A DNA stretch of 64,000 nt, from positions 638,305-702,304 of the forward strand of contig CAVYGQ010000001.1 of assembly GCA_963768175.1 (NCBI GenBank). The letters run 5' to 3'. The DNA is from Candidatus Doudnabacteria bacterium. GTDB taxonomy: Bacteria > Patescibacteriota > Doudnabacteria > UBA920. Positions within the stretch are counted from its first letter, which is position 1; every line of letters begins with the position of its first letter. The notes below the pieces were generated by a model, which saw only the letters and a list, made by a program, of their open reading frames with translations, was not told where the DNA came from and searched no databases. Below are positions 10,718 to 20,986 of this stretch, one piece after another. The translations under genes and the position numbers were made by a program.

Positions 10718-11434
10718 CTACTTTACCAGTTCCTTATCCGGTGTGGCAATGGTGCGCTTAACAACGGATTCATCGTCAATAATATTCCCGTCTTTAATGC
10801 GGATAATGCGCCTGGCGTGGTTGGCGGTATCCATTTCGTGCGTAACCAAAATAATGGTGTGCCCGTCGTTATTTAGCCTTTGCAGAATTTCCATGACAAT
10901 GTTTCCGGACCTGGAATCCAGGTTCCCGGTCGGTTCATCGGCAAAAATAACAGCCGGCTCGCAAACCAAGGCGCGGGCAATGGCCACGCGCTGTTTTTCC
11001 CCGCCGGAAATTTGGTTGGTAAAGTAGTCAAGGCGATGGGAAAGCCCCACGGACTCCAAGGCCTTTTTTGCCAATTCTTCCTGGTCTTTCTTCTTGCTGT
11101 AAATTAAAGGCAGTTTTACGTTATCCAAAACGCTGGTGCGCGCCAAGAGGTTAAACGACTGGAACACAAAACCAACGCGCTCATTCCTTAACTCCGCCAG
11201 ATAATCGTCGGAAAAGTCTTTGGTGTTACGGCCTTCAAATTCGTACAGACCGCTGGTCGGACGGTCCAAAAAACTTAAAATATGCATCAAGGTGGATTTG
11301 CCGGAGCCCGAGGGGCCCATAATCGCCACAAATTCGCCGGAGTCTATGGTAAAACTCAGACCGTGGAGAACGGGAGTGACAACACCTTCGTTGGTGTAAT
11401 CTTTTTTTAAGTTTTGGACTTTGATTAGGTTCAT
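10718..11434 (-). CDS. ABC transporter ATP-binding protein (LolD/MacB type)
   Basis: [32 protein letters not shown]. Confidence 0.95.
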   Translation of the reverse strand: MNLIKVQNLKKDYTNEGVVTPVLHGLSFTIDSGEFVAIMGPSGSGKSTLMHILSFLDRPTSGLYEFEGRNTKDFSDDYLAELRNERVGFVFQSFNLLARTSVLDNVKLPLIYSKKKDQEELAKKALESVGLSHRLDYFTNQISGGEKQRVAIARALVCEPAVIFADEPTGNLDSRSGNIVMEILQRLNNDGHTIILVTHEMDTANHARRIIRIKDGNIIDDESVVKRTIATPDKELVK

Positions 11435-11510
11435 GTAAACATTTAAGCATGTAAACATTTAAGCATATGGCAGCATGTTTAGATGCTTATATGCTTTAAT
11501 GTTTAAATGA

Positions 11511-13088
11511 TTATTGCTTAATATACGTCACCACTGTCTGGCCTTCGCTTAGGCCGGAGGTAATTTCTACCAATCCGCCGTCGGCGGAAAGGCCAGTCTG
11601 CACCTGAACCTGATGGTAAGTTCCCTTTTTTATATCATCGACGACCCTTACATATTGGTTGTTGTTTTGGTTTATAACGGCGCTGCTCGGCACGGCCAAA
11701 ACATTTGATTTTTTGGCGACCAAAATAGTCATATTCGCCGTCATGCCCGGCTTGATATCCGGGATGTTAGGCAAAGCGGCTTTAACAAGGTAGTTAACCA
11801 CGCCGGAGATAACCGTGGAAGCGGGGTTGATAGTCAAAACGCTGCCCGAAAAATGGCGGTCCGGGCCAAGCGCGTCAAAAGTATAATCAACCGATTGCCC
11901 GGGTTGGAGCGAGGCGATATCCGCTTCGGCTACGTCGGCTTCGGCGTGCAAATCGGCCACGTCCTGAAGAATCATAACTTCCTGAAGCGCCACAGCCTGC
12001 TCCCCAATTTTTATATCAACCTGGGTAATCGTGCCGTCTAACGGGGCTTTAAGCACCGTATTGTTTAAATTTACCTGGGCGGAATCCACCTGGCCTTGCG
12101 CGGAAAGAATCTGGGCCTTGGCCACGTCAATATCCGCGGAACTGGCCTGGGCAAGTTCGTTATCTAAAGTAGCCTGCGCCTGGGCCAGCGCGCTTTGCGC
12201 GCTTTGCACCTGGCCTTGCGCGGCCGAAACGGCGCTGGCCTGGGCCTGCAAAGCGGTCTGGTAAGCGTTATAATTGGCAACATAAGCGGGGGCATAAGTA
12301 TTGGGAATACTAACCGTCCAGGTATCGCCCACCGCAGGCGTGGTGTTAAATTGGATATAAAGCCCGAATGTCCCCATTTGGGTGGGCAGATTGCGCACAT
12401 TGCCGGAAACGGTTTCCAGACCAGAAACCTGGAACTGTAAACCGCTGCCGGTGGAGTATAAGCTTATATTATAGATGCCGACATTGGATCCGATATAGGT
12501 ACCGGTAATTATTGGGGTTACCGTGTCGCTATTGCCCGAAGACGCGACGGCGGTAATGGAAGTATTTAAAAGGGTATTATAGGCATTTTTTACCGCCGTC
12601 GCCTGCTGGGCCTGCGTGGTGGCCAGGCTTGTGGTCGCATTACCCAATGCCACTTGGGCGGTATAAACCGCTTGCTGGGTTACCGCAATTTGGGTGTCGG
12701 TGCTGCCCTGCAAGACCTTTTCATAATTTGCCTGCGCCTGCGCCAAACCTCCTTCGGCGGTAGTTAAAGCGGCCGCCGCCGAAGATTGATTTAAGGTAGC
12801 CAAAGTCTGCCCGGCTTTAACCATGTCCCCTTCTTTTACCAAAACTTGAGTTACCACGCCGCTTGACTGGAAACCCAGATTCAAATCGGTACTGCTGACA
12901 ACCTGTCCGGTGCTGAGCACGGTTTGCTGTAAATCCTGTTTTGTCGCGACGGCGGTTTGAATATTACCGGCAGTATTTTTACTTGCGTGGATGCGATAGC
13001 CAATAAACCCAACGACAAGCAAAATAATCACCGTCCAGATAATTTTCTTTTTTGTAAAAAATCCGCGAATTTTTACCCCGTTAGACAT
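11511..13088 (-). CDS. Efflux adaptor / membrane-fusion protein (MacA/HlyD-like)
   Basis: N-terminal TM, VKEGDMVKAGQ, coiled coil, LKAPLDG, IKPGMTA. Confidence 0.9.
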   Translation of the reverse strand: MSNGVKIRGFFTKKKIIWTVIILLVVGFIGYRIHASKNTAGNIQTAVATKQDLQQTVLSTGQVVSSTDLNLGFQSSGVVTQVLVKEGDMVKAGQTLATLNQSSAAAALTTAEGGLAQAQANYEKVLQGSTDTQIAVTQQAVYTAQVALGNATTSLATTQAQQATAVKNAYNTLLNTSITAVASSGNSDTVTPIITGTYIGSNVGIYNISLYSTGSGLQFQVSGLETVSGNVRNLPTQMGTFGLYIQFNTTPAVGDTWTVSIPNTYAPAYVANYNAYQTALQAQASAVSAAQGQVQSAQSALAQAQATLDNELAQASSADIDVAKAQILSAQGQVDSAQVNLNNTVLKAPLDGTITQVDIKIGEQAVALQEVMILQDVADLHAEADVAEADIASLQPGQSVDYTFDALGPDRHFSGSVLTINPASTVISGVVNYLVKAALPNIPDIKPGMTANMTILVAKKSNVLAVPSSAVINQNNNQYVRVVDDIKKGTYHQVQVQTGLSADGGLVEITSGLSEGQTVVTYIKQ

Positions 13089-13198
13089 AATTTTGTACTC
13101 CTAAATTGTTAACTTATTAATTTTAATTGAATTTCCCGTCGGCATTAAATAATCAATAATGTCTAACGGGGTGAATAGTAAATAATTTAGATTAATAA

Positions 13199-13534
13199 TT
13201 ACTTATTTTTAAATTGGGAAAACATTTTCCCCATATTTTTTTCAACATATTCCCTAACTTCTTTATTCGCGCCGCTGCCGGAAAAATTTTGCATAATTAT
13301 TTTGACAAAGCTCTCCATTTGGTCGGTCTTTATAAACCCAAGGACCTTGCCGAACTTGCCCATAACCATAAGCTGGTCGCCGGGACTGAGGCCAAGGTCT
13401 TTGCGGGCGTCGGCCGGGATAACCACCTGCCCCCTGGCCCCCATGGTCGTAGTTCCATAGAGCCTGTCCTGGCTGGTCATTTTTTTGTGGATTTTTAAAT
13501 GTAGATTGCTTTTCACCCCGTTAGAAGTAGCCAT
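13199..13534 (-). CDS. AbrB/MazE/SpoVT-family DNA-binding protein
   Basis: GARGQVVIPADARKDLGLSPGD; true start may be 13480. Confidence 0.85.
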   Translation of the reverse strand: MATSNGVKSNLHLKIHKKMTSQDRLYGTTTMGARGQVVIPADARKDLGLSPGDQLMVMGKFGKVLGFIKTDQMESFVKIIMQNFSGSGANKEVREYVEKNMGKMFSQFKNK

Positions 13535-13696
13535 TTTAAATGTCCTTTTAAAATTTTACCGACCCCTAGTTAGAAATACTGCTTCTAACGGGGTTCATAA
13601 AATTCCTTCCGGATTAAGGCTGATAAAAAAAGTATGATATTTCATACTTATCATATCATGGCTAAAAACTGTTGTCAATAGCCCGCTGGACCTAAT

Positions 13697-15238
13697 TTAG
13701 ACACTGAGGACGAATTTAATTTTTTCTGCCAAGCCATTATGGTTTAGGATATCGTTTTCGGTTATATCCAAAAATCTATTATCCCTGCCTTTGGCCGGAG
13801 TAATGACCTTATAAATCTCCGGCAAAGCAACGTCTATGCTCTCTCCCAACGTAATTTTAGAGGCCAGTTGCCGATATTTTTCGTAAATTCCCGGACCGCT
13901 TTGCAAAAACAAATCCAAAATAGTAGGTTTATAAATCTGCCCCTCTTGATTTAGGCCAAAAGCCAAACAGCTTTCCGCAAAATTTTCCGTCGGGATTGAG
14001 GCCACACGGGCGGCCATATCCGTTTCCCCCCACTCTTTCAATAAATTAACAAATATTTCTTTAATTCCGGCCAGCCAATTAACCTGATTAAAGCCGCCCA
14101 AGCAAGTTATACCATAATACAACAAAACCAAAAAACATACCAAAGAAGTGGGATAAAGGCTACCGTTTTGCAGACCATTAATAACAGTTTCTACGTTTGC
14201 GGCTATAACAAAATTGCCATTAGACAATTGGTCTTTTTGGCGCGCCAAACGTATTCTCTTTCCTTTGTCGCCAATCCCCCAAAATAAAAAACTGCCTTTA
14301 TGGCCACCGCTAAACCCAGCTCCATTTTTTTCACCATAATATCCGTTTGGTTTATTAATACCAAGCTTATTTTCCAAATGAGGCGCGTCGGTTGATTGTG
14401 AAAAATGGGGCTGGGTAAAGGCGCCAAGGCTGGCTTGAAAATGTTGTTCTATGCTGTCCCATCCAGGGAAAGTAAAAAATAACTTGTGTAAAATATGGCC
14501 TTTTCGTGGCGCAATTTCATTAATAATCAATTCATTGACCAATTTTTCCAGAGGCAAGTATAAAAGTTTAGGTGCCTCTGGAAAAGCCTTTCCCCAAAGC
14601 GCTGTTGAAATAATGGCAGCTTGTTCGGAAAAATCACTGAATGCAAAAAGCTTGGGATCCTGAAAAATTTCCCCCATAAGCCCAAGTAGCCGCTGCTTAT
14701 TATTTTTAGATAAAAAATCCGCGGTTTCAATACGGCTTTCAACGCGCGCTGCGTCTTCCGGACTAAACTCTTTGACCGCCAAGACTGTCTGGGTTTTAAT
14801 TTTATCGCGGAAAAAAGAGAACCGCTCTGTCCGGCCGTCCGGCCGGCTAAGCAGCAAGCAGCCCGGCCAGGAAGAATTGTTCAGGGACACGCCGGCGGTG
14901 GAAAGGCAGAGCAAATATTTTAACCCCTGGCGCTGGCTGTAAATTAAATTGGAATTAATGAAAAACGGATGATTTAAAATGCCGTGGTGATCTATGGTAG
15001 AGACCAGCGGGCTTTGGCCGGTTTGCTTTACAACATCGCCTGCCAAATCCGCCGGATAAACCCGCAAAAGCAACCTCTGGGCTTGGCTAAAAAAAGCCCG
15101 GGTGCCCTCCGAAGGACTGGAAACGGCCCAACCGCGGACATAACCAGACAGGCTTTGGGTTCCAGCCTGGGCATAAATCTTGGCTAAAGTTTTCTGCTTG
15201 GCAAAAATCTCATTTTTAAGCTCGGCAAAATTATTCAT
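13697..15238 (-). CDS. Hypothetical protein (513 aa)
   Basis: Long ORF, no family recognised. Confidence 0.75.
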   Translation of the reverse strand: MNNFAELKNEIFAKQKTLAKIYAQAGTQSLSGYVRGWAVSSPSEGTRAFFSQAQRLLLRVYPADLAGDVVKQTGQSPLVSTIDHHGILNHPFFINSNLIYSQRQGLKYLLCLSTAGVSLNNSSWPGCLLLSRPDGRTERFSFFRDKIKTQTVLAVKEFSPEDAARVESRIETADFLSKNNKQRLLGLMGEIFQDPKLFAFSDFSEQAAIISTALWGKAFPEAPKLLYLPLEKLVNELIINEIAPRKGHILHKLFFTFPGWDSIEQHFQASLGAFTQPHFSQSTDAPHLENKLGINKPNGYYGEKNGAGFSGGHKGSFLFWGIGDKGKRIRLARQKDQLSNGNFVIAANVETVINGLQNGSLYPTSLVCFLVLLYYGITCLGGFNQVNWLAGIKEIFVNLLKEWGETDMAARVASIPTENFAESCLAFGLNQEGQIYKPTILDLFLQSGPGIYEKYRQLASKITLGESIDVALPEIYKVITPAKGRDNRFLDITENDILNHNGLAEKIKFVLSV

Positions 15239-15308
15239 ATCCTATATTATAGCTGCCTCTGGACAAAATTAAAAACCCCCAATTGGTATCGGAGGCCTAA
15301 TTTAATGG

Positions 15309-15815
15309 TTACTTCACGCCTGTGGGGGTTAAAATGTGAGTCCCGGGAGAAAAAATACCAGTCTTGTTGCCTAAACAAAAATAATAACCGTAATCGGGAT
15401 AAACCGTGGTAGTACCGTCGGATCCCAAGAAAGCCGTGCCGCTTGGGTAATAATAATATCTACTTCCATAGGTATTGGCGGGAACCGGCGGACTATAGGT
15501 CATGACAGAACAGCTGCCGTCGGCCGGCAGGGGGGCGCTGGGTAAGCTGGAAGCGTAATTCGGAACCAAAGGCGACGGAATTCCGGAAGGACCTGAAGGA
15601 TAACCTCTATATGTGGCAAAATACAGCTCAAGCCCCGTATTCATCTGGGTCATATCCGCAAGACGTTTGACATCCCTGGCTTTTTGCCGCGCGGACATAA
15701 AAGCAATTAAAGCAATTGATGTTAATAAAGCAATAATAGCAATAACCACCATGAGCTCTATTAAGGTGAACCCGTTTTTATTACGGATTCTTAAATTTTG
15801 ATTTTTGTCTCTCAT
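15309..15815 (-). CDS. Type IV pilin-like protein, paralogue of 601-1194
   Basis: GFTLIELMVVIAII; shares the FCLG...G.H.LTPTG C-terminus. Confidence 0.9.
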   Translation of the reverse strand: MRDKNQNLRIRNKNGFTLIELMVVIAIIALLTSIALIAFMSARQKARDVKRLADMTQMNTGLELYFATYRGYPSGPSGIPSPLVPNYASSLPSAPLPADGSCSVMTYSPPVPANTYGSRYYYYPSGTAFLGSDGTTTVYPDYGYYFCLGNKTGIFSPGTHILTPTGVK

Positions 15816-15964
15816 TTTCTATTAAAACTTAGATAATTCATTCTAACACAAATTCTTACATCTTCAAAGTGGATAAAGTAAAAAACTTAAAAGCCCTTGA
15901 CCCCGCTAGAAGTCCGATGTCTGGCAAATCGGCAATGGCCTTTGGCTATTGACTTCTAACGGGG

Positions 15965-15993
15965 TTGATAAAATCGGCAAAATGTTGTAAAAT
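15965..15993 (+). promoter_or_regulatory. Sigma70-like promoter for the tRNA-Lys locus
   Basis: TTGATA-17 bp-TAAAAT. Confidence 0.55.
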
Positions 15994-16095
15994 ATCGTAG
16001 ATACTATCAAAACTATTAACGATTTACTATTAACAATTAACTAATCCGTGTTTGGGTTAATTGTCAATTGTTAATAGTTAATTGTAATTCTACCC

Positions 16096-16185
16096 GGGTC
16101 TGTAGCTCAGTTGGCCCCATCATTCGATGGGGCAGGTATCGCAGCGGCCTTTTAAGTTTACCCTATCGAATGATAGGGCCGTTTG
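16096..16185 (+). pseudogene. Degenerate 5' copy of tRNA-Lys(UUU) with two 22-nt hairpin inserts
   Basis: GGGTCTGTAGCTCAGTTGG [insert] ...GCAGCGGCCTTTTAAG [insert] CCGTTTG matches 16482-16527; no T arm or acceptor 3' strand. Confidence 0.8.
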
Positions 16186-16208
16186 ATAAGGGTAATCCTT
16201 AAGCCGGT

Positions 16209-16469
16209 ATGTTCTATATTTATATACTCCTACAAAATAACAACCTGCCATATACTGGTTTTACTGATAATTTAAAACGCAGATATAAACAACACACGGA
16301 CGGACTAGTAACATCAACAAAGCATAAAAGGCCATTAAAACTAATTCATTACGAAGCATATTTATTAAAAACAGATGCCGTGAGAAGAGAAAAATTTTTA
16401 AAAACCACCGAAGGAAAAAGGTTGTTAAAACAGCAAATTAGAGATATATTAATTAAGCTCAAAGTGTAA
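16209..16469 (+). CDS. Small GIY-YIG endonuclease
   Basis: FYIYIL...YTGFTDNLKRRYKQH...YEAY...A..RE..LK. Confidence 0.9.
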   Translation: MFYIYILLQNNNLPYTGFTDNLKRRYKQHTDGLVTSTKHKRPLKLIHYEAYLLKTDAVRREKFLKTTEGKRLLKQQIRDILIKLKV

Positions 16470-16481
16470 TTTAATCTTCGT

Positions 16482-16543
16482 GGGTCTGTAGCTCAGTTGG
16501 TAGAGCAGCGGCCTTTTAAGCCGTTTGTCGCGGGTTCGATCCC
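16482..16543 (+). pseudogene. 5' 62 nt of the host tRNA-Lys(UUU), split by the integrated element (attL)
   Basis: Intact D and anticodon arms and GGTTCGATCCC, then loses T-stem/acceptor pairing. Joining it to 33918-33931 rebuilds a 76-nt tRNA ending in CCA. Confidence 0.9.
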
Positions 16544-16584
16544 TACTCGCTACATCTCGCCTTAAAAAAACTTAATAAATTTGA

Positions 16585-16660
16585 GGGACGGTAGCTCAGC
16601 TGGTAGAGCAGCGGCCTTTTAAGCCGTTTGTCCCGGGTTCGATCCCCGGCCGTCCCACCA
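16585..16660 (+). tRNA. tRNA-Lys(UUU), complete, element-borne
   Basis: 76 nt; acceptor GGGACGG/CCGTCCC, anticodon loop CTTTTAA, T arm CCGGG-TTCGATC-CCCGG, encoded CCA. Confidence 0.96.
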
Positions 16661-16681
16661 AGTAAATTTTTCGGGAGTTAC

Positions 16682-16714
16682 ACCCCGCTAGTCTGTTAAG
16701 ACTAGCGGGGTTTT
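16682..16714 (+). terminator. Rho-independent terminator after tRNA-Lys
   Basis: ACCCCGCTAGTC / GACTAGCGGGGT stem followed by a T run. Confidence 0.7.
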
Positions 16715-16848
16715 CGTATGCCCAAATAAATATTTTATCCTGCGCGCCGGTGGGAACCGGAATCCGCCACGCCTGCCTGGGTCTCCCGGACAGGTCGCCG
16801 GCGCGGAGGACAAAATTAACAACTAACCAAGAAAGGAGTATGAGGCCT

Positions 16849-17139
16849 ATGAACGCCAAACTCAAAAAAGAAATAAAAAACCTTCTCGGCGCAAAGTTGC
16901 CGCAGACCGGGAAAAGCCGGATCTACCACGTAGTCGACGAACGGATCGTGGGAGGAGCCGTAGAGGACATAGCCGAACAGACGGGTGACCTGATGGGCAA
17001 GCTGACCACGCTTGACGTGGAGGTATCCCGCGACAACCCGCAGGCCAAAATCGACCAGAACATAAGCGGCGCGCATGACATGATTTTCAACGCTCTGGTC
17101 GACGAAACCATCAGACAATTAACCCAGGACAGAATATGA
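16849..17139 (+). CDS. Hypothetical element protein
   Basis: GAAAGGAG Shine-Dalgarno; stop overlaps the next ORF (ATGA). Confidence 0.7.
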   Translation: MNAKLKKEIKNLLGAKLPQTGKSRIYHVVDERIVGGAVEDIAEQTGDLMGKLTTLDVEVSRDNPQAKIDQNISGAHDMIFNALVDETIRQLTQDRI

Positions 17140-17378
17140 ACAAGAACATAAAAGCCATGGTGGAACAAAACTTTTTGGAGCTGAACATCAAAGTTTTTAT
17201 CAAGCGCGAGGAGGCGGCGAAAAATCCTAAAAGGACTTTCCGGCAGCTGTTGCATGAACTGGAAGATACGGCTAGGGAGGCAATATACGATCCGGACAGA
17301 TCAAAACAAAAAACCACAATTTACCTGGGGACCAGAAGCTCCCGGGAAATTAAAGACCTGCTAAAGATTAACCGATAA
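17136..17378 (+). CDS. Hypothetical element protein
   Basis: Translationally coupled to the upstream ORF. Confidence 0.65.
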   Translation: MNKNIKAMVEQNFLELNIKVFIKREEAAKNPKRTFRQLLHELEDTAREAIYDPDRSKQKTTIYLGTRSSREIKDLLKINR

Positions 17379-17382
17379 GCAT

Positions 17383-17697
17383 ATGAAATTACTCAAACTT
17401 TTGACAGCCAACAAAACAAGCGAGAAGGACAGGATGGGCAGCAGTTACCTCGGGCTGATAACGATCAGGTACATCGACCTAACCGGCAAGCTCGGAAAAC
17501 CGCACAAGATCGGTAGCGGCGACAACAAGGTCGATGCCGAATGGGGCTACCGCCTGGACAAGGAAACGGTCGTAACGATTTACAACTACAAGAGCAAGGA
17601 TGAAGTCGCTTACGAAACCCGCTGGCACATCGGCGGCAAGGGAGACCGGGAATTAATCAGGGAATGGGTACAGGCGGTGTTCAGTCAAAAAATTTAA
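17383..17697 (+). CDS. Hypothetical phage-like protein
   Basis: KVDAEW...TIYNYK...WHIGG; operonic spacing. Confidence 0.7.
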   Translation: MKLLKLLTANKTSEKDRMGSSYLGLITIRYIDLTGKLGKPHKIGSGDNKVDAEWGYRLDKETVVTIYNYKSKDEVAYETRWHIGGKGDRELIREWVQAVFSQKI

Positions 17698-17937
17698 AAG
17701 AAGTTCCAATCCCACTCAGCCTTCAAAACATTGAGGGCTGGACTGGGGACAAGAACCCCTAAAGGTCGGGGGCGCCGGCAGCCCAAATTAATTAAACCGG
17801 ACAAAGCCATGAAGTTATTAACGAGACAAAAATGTATACAATCCATTTAAAAAAAGTAACTCCCCGGAGGGAGTTACGAATCAAAGCAATAATATTCTTG
17901 CACACCCTCCGGGAACTGTCAAGGAAAGGACTGGAAC

Positions 17938-18180
17938 ATGGCCACCAAAGCTGGCCTGAACGAAGTCAGCCAGCTTCTTCAGGAGATTATCAGCCACAGC
18001 CTGCGCTATAAAGGCCGACTAGTTGAAAGTTACAGTCCTGAAAGCGAGGAGATTTTTAGCAAACTTTTCCCTGCTGACGAAGCGACCATCTCGGTAGGAA
18101 AATATAAATATTTTCTTTACCTGATTTATAGCAAACAGAATGAGCGCTTCGAAAAAGAGTTCCAAAGATTTCTCAATTAA
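17938..18180 (+). CDS. Hypothetical protein
   Basis: 80-aa ORF co-oriented with its neighbours. Confidence 0.5.
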   Translation: MATKAGLNEVSQLLQEIISHSLRYKGRLVESYSPESEEIFSKLFPADEATISVGKYKYFLYLIYSKQNERFEKEFQRFLN

Positions 18181-18200
18181 TCCGATTAATCCGAACGAGT

Positions 18201-18995
18201 ATGACAAACAACAACATTGAGTTTATCAAAGCTGAACGCAGGCGGGCGAAAGCCAGAATCGCCCTGTGCGGACCAAGTGGTTCCGGCAAGACGCATTCAG
18301 CTTTAAGGGTAGCGGAGGGTCTGGCAAAGACAGGCAGGATAGCGGTAATTGATACGGAGAATAGCTCGGCTGAGATGGAAGCCGGCAAGCCGGGAATCCC
18401 TCCGTTCAACGTAGTCGTGATGCACGCGCCTTTTGATCCGCTGAAATACATCGCCGCGATCAAAGCGGCCGATGCGGCGGGCTACGAGGTGCTGATTATC
18501 GACTCCCTGTCCCACGCCTGGGCCGGTAGCGGCGGGCTGCTGGAAAAAAAAGACATCCTGGAAAAAATAAAAAAGAATTCTTTTACCGCATGGCGCGAAA
18601 TTACACCTCTCCACAATAGGCTGATAGAAACTATATTGCAAAGCAACATGCACATTATAGCCACTATCAGAACCAAAACCGGCATGGCGATGGACACGGA
18701 CGGCAACGGCAAAGTTACGGTTAAAAAAGTCGGTATGGATCTTGTGCAGCGCGACGGTATCGACTACGAATTCACCGTAGCCTTAGACCTTGACCAGGCC
18801 ACCCACATGGCCATGCCGAGTAAGGATCGCACCTCCATCTTCGACACGCCGGACGGAAAAAATGTAGTAATGCTTTCCAAAGAAACCGGCCTGGAGATTA
18901 GGGAATGGCTGGAAGGCGTGGAAGAAGAAAAACTTCCGGTTACGACGCACAGCCGCGCCATGTCCCCTGCCGCCAGACAGCCAGTGCTCGCCTAA
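18201..18995 (+). CDS. Phage-type P-loop ATPase (AAA_24 / Sak4-like)
   Basis: GPSGSGKTHSAL, IAVIDTE, LIIDSLSHAW, QRDGIDYEF. Confidence 0.85.
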   Translation: MTNNNIEFIKAERRRAKARIALCGPSGSGKTHSALRVAEGLAKTGRIAVIDTENSSAEMEAGKPGIPPFNVVVMHAPFDPLKYIAAIKAADAAGYEVLIIDSLSHAWAGSGGLLEKKDILEKIKKNSFTAWREITPLHNRLIETILQSNMHIIATIRTKTGMAMDTDGNGKVTVKKVGMDLVQRDGIDYEFTVALDLDQATHMAMPSKDRTSIFDTPDGKNVVMLSKETGLEIREWLEGVEEEKLPVTTHSRAMSPAARQPVLA

Positions 18996-19072
18996 ACAAT
19001 CCTTTAATACTTCGCTCCCGACCCTGCACGCCTGCATCCAGGCAGGCAGGGATCGGGGGCTAAGTCAGTTCT

Positions 19073-19615
19073 ATGAAATTTTTTATAAACATAAACCAAG
19101 AAAAACTCATTGAACTGGCGCCGGAAGCGAGGCTCACTGACGGAGCAGTCATGGACTACGTTTATTGGCTATGTTCCAGCCCCAGTCAGGAAGTGGAAAA
19201 TTGCCGGATTATATTTAACGGCGAAAAGTATACCTGGGTAAATTACGACTGGCTGATTCAGGATATGCCTTTGTTAAAAGGGAAAAGCAAATCAACCCTG
19301 ACTCCGGTGTTCAAGCGGCTCGAAAAATGGGGCTTTATTAAAACCCATCAGATAGCCAGTGGAAGAAAGCATGTGCATCTTGTGGATAAGGCCGACCTAC
19401 TGTTCAGAAATCAGAACAGTCCCATTCGGAAAACAAAACAGGGCCGTTTCGCAAACGAAACTAATCATATTACTACTGACCAGACTACTAAATCCCTAGG
19501 GCAAATCCCAAAAAATTATGAAGGCATAAATAAACTAAATGCCATCAAACAAAAGTTTTTAGCAAAAAATTCAATGTCAATTAACCAGACTAATACAACG
19601 AAAGGAATAATATGA
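19073..19615 (+). CDS. Putative replication-initiator-like HTH protein
   Basis: YTWVNY..LIQDMPLL...FKRLEKWGFI resembles phage replisome-organizer N-termini; lies in the replication/recombination module. Confidence 0.5.
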   Translation: MKFFININQEKLIELAPEARLTDGAVMDYVYWLCSSPSQEVENCRIIFNGEKYTWVNYDWLIQDMPLLKGKSKSTLTPVFKRLEKWGFIKTHQIASGRKHVHLVDKADLLFRNQNSPIRKTKQGRFANETNHITTDQTTKSLGQIPKNYEGINKLNAIKQKFLAKNSMSINQTNTTKGII

Positions 19616-19911
19616 AGCGCTCAAATCAGATTAACAAGGCGGAATTCGTCGAGGAACTTGCGGCTGTGATTCGGCTTACCGCCAGCGAAACCGAACACAT
19701 TGTCAACACTTTTATAAAAATGATTTATACCCACCTGCACCAGGGTGAAATGGTCAACCTGTCCGGCTTTGGCAAGTTCAGCGTTTCCCATCGCGCATCC
19801 CGAATAGGCATCAACCCCCGTTCCCCCGAACAGAAAATAACCATCCCGGAACTTAATACGCCGAAGTTTAAGGCTGGCGAAGCCTTTAAAGAAGCGGTAA
19901 AATTAAGATAG
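19612..19911 (+). CDS. hup: HU-family DNA-binding protein
   Basis: VNLSGFGKF...RIGINPRS...PKFKAGEAFKEAV. Confidence 0.92.
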   Translation: MKRSNQINKAEFVEELAAVIRLTASETEHIVNTFIKMIYTHLHQGEMVNLSGFGKFSVSHRASRIGINPRSPEQKITIPELNTPKFKAGEAFKEAVKLR

Positions 19912-19949
19912 CTTAACTTTTACATATGCCCAAACCCACGCATTAACAA

Positions 19950-20141
19950 ATGGCCGAATATGAAGAATGGCTAAAGCAGCACCCGGATGCAGCCCCCTCT
20001 TCCGAGGTCGCCAGAAGCGTAATTGACGACGACATGGCCGAAGCCGAAGAGCACGAGCGCAAACGCGCCAACTGGAGCAGGGAGTATAATGCCAAGGAAA
20101 TCAGTCCCGCCTCCAAGCCTAAATTGGCAGAAAAAGAATAA
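19950..20141 (+). CDS. Hypothetical small acidic protein
   Basis: Co-oriented 63-aa ORF. Confidence 0.5.
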   Translation: MAEYEEWLKQHPDAAPSSEVARSVIDDDMAEAEEHERKRANWSREYNAKEISPASKPKLAEKE

Positions 20142-20354
20142 ATACAATGCCCGAAAACCAAAGGGATTACAACCACTTACTTGTGACCCAGGCCTCTGGA
20201 CAAGACCGTAAACAGAGAGTAAAATGGGCAGTTATAGCCATGGCTGTGATAGCCTGTGTTATAATTTGGCTATTAATACATACAGTAACTCGGACGTAAA
20301 TGTTTGTGTCCGGTTTGCTGTATGTAATCCCATTCATGTAGGAGGAAGTAGATA

Positions 20355-20780
20355 GTGGCAACTGTCGAACAAGGGCTTAGTGATGTAATCACTAAATCAG
20401 TTGATCTGGGCTTACTTAGCGAGCCCGGATACCGCGCAGGCGTGATTCAAGGAGTGTGCCGTGTACGGGCATTCCTGAATAGCTCGCAAGATCATGCGAG
20501 CCTGACCCAAGCGCAGATAACCGCCAATCTTAAGGCGGAGAAAAGGAGATTCAACGAGGAAGTGCGGCAAATGACGGCAAACGATTCCGCTCTGGAACGC
20601 GCTGCCAACCATCGGCCGAGAGTATCAAAAGCCGTACTGGAGCCGGACATGGACGCCAATGCAATCTCGGTTCCTGATGACTGGACGCCGCCGGAAAAGA
20701 TGCCGGAACACTTGCGACTGCACTCGAGACAGCCGCAGGCCATCCCGGCCTTCGCCGTCAACGCCCTCGCCTGTTGCTAA
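20355..20780 (+). CDS. Hypothetical protein (GC-rich)
   Basis: AGGAGG upstream of a GTG start. Confidence 0.65.
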   Translation: MATVEQGLSDVITKSVDLGLLSEPGYRAGVIQGVCRVRAFLNSSQDHASLTQAQITANLKAEKRRFNEEVRQMTANDSALERAANHRPRVSKAVLEPDMDANAISVPDDWTPPEKMPEHLRLHSRQPQAIPAFAVNALACC

Positions 20781-20790
20781 AGGAGACCAG

Positions 20791-20973
20791 ATGAGTAGCG
20801 TTCCCCACTTACCGGATGTATTCGAAATCAGAACGCAACAAGGTTGCATGGGGCAGAAAGACTCGCTCGATACGCCAGCGGAATCGGACGAGTCGTACGA
20901 AGCCTCCGAAGCCTTGCTCAACGCCGTGCGTGCGCAAGCCAGCATCGGCCAACCGTCAACAGTCAAGAACTAA
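20791..20973 (+). CDS. Hypothetical small protein
   Basis: AAAGGAG Shine-Dalgarno before ATG 20791. Confidence 0.6.
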   Translation: MSSVPHLPDVFEIRTQQGCMGQKDSLDTPAESDESYEASEALLNAVRAQASIGQPSTVKN

Positions 20974-20986
20974 AAAGGAGCAGACG

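Noticed and set aside
16096-16210. Intron-containing functional tRNA
   Set aside because: No T arm or acceptor 3' strand follows; the inserts are a repeated mini-hairpin and the D stem is mutated.
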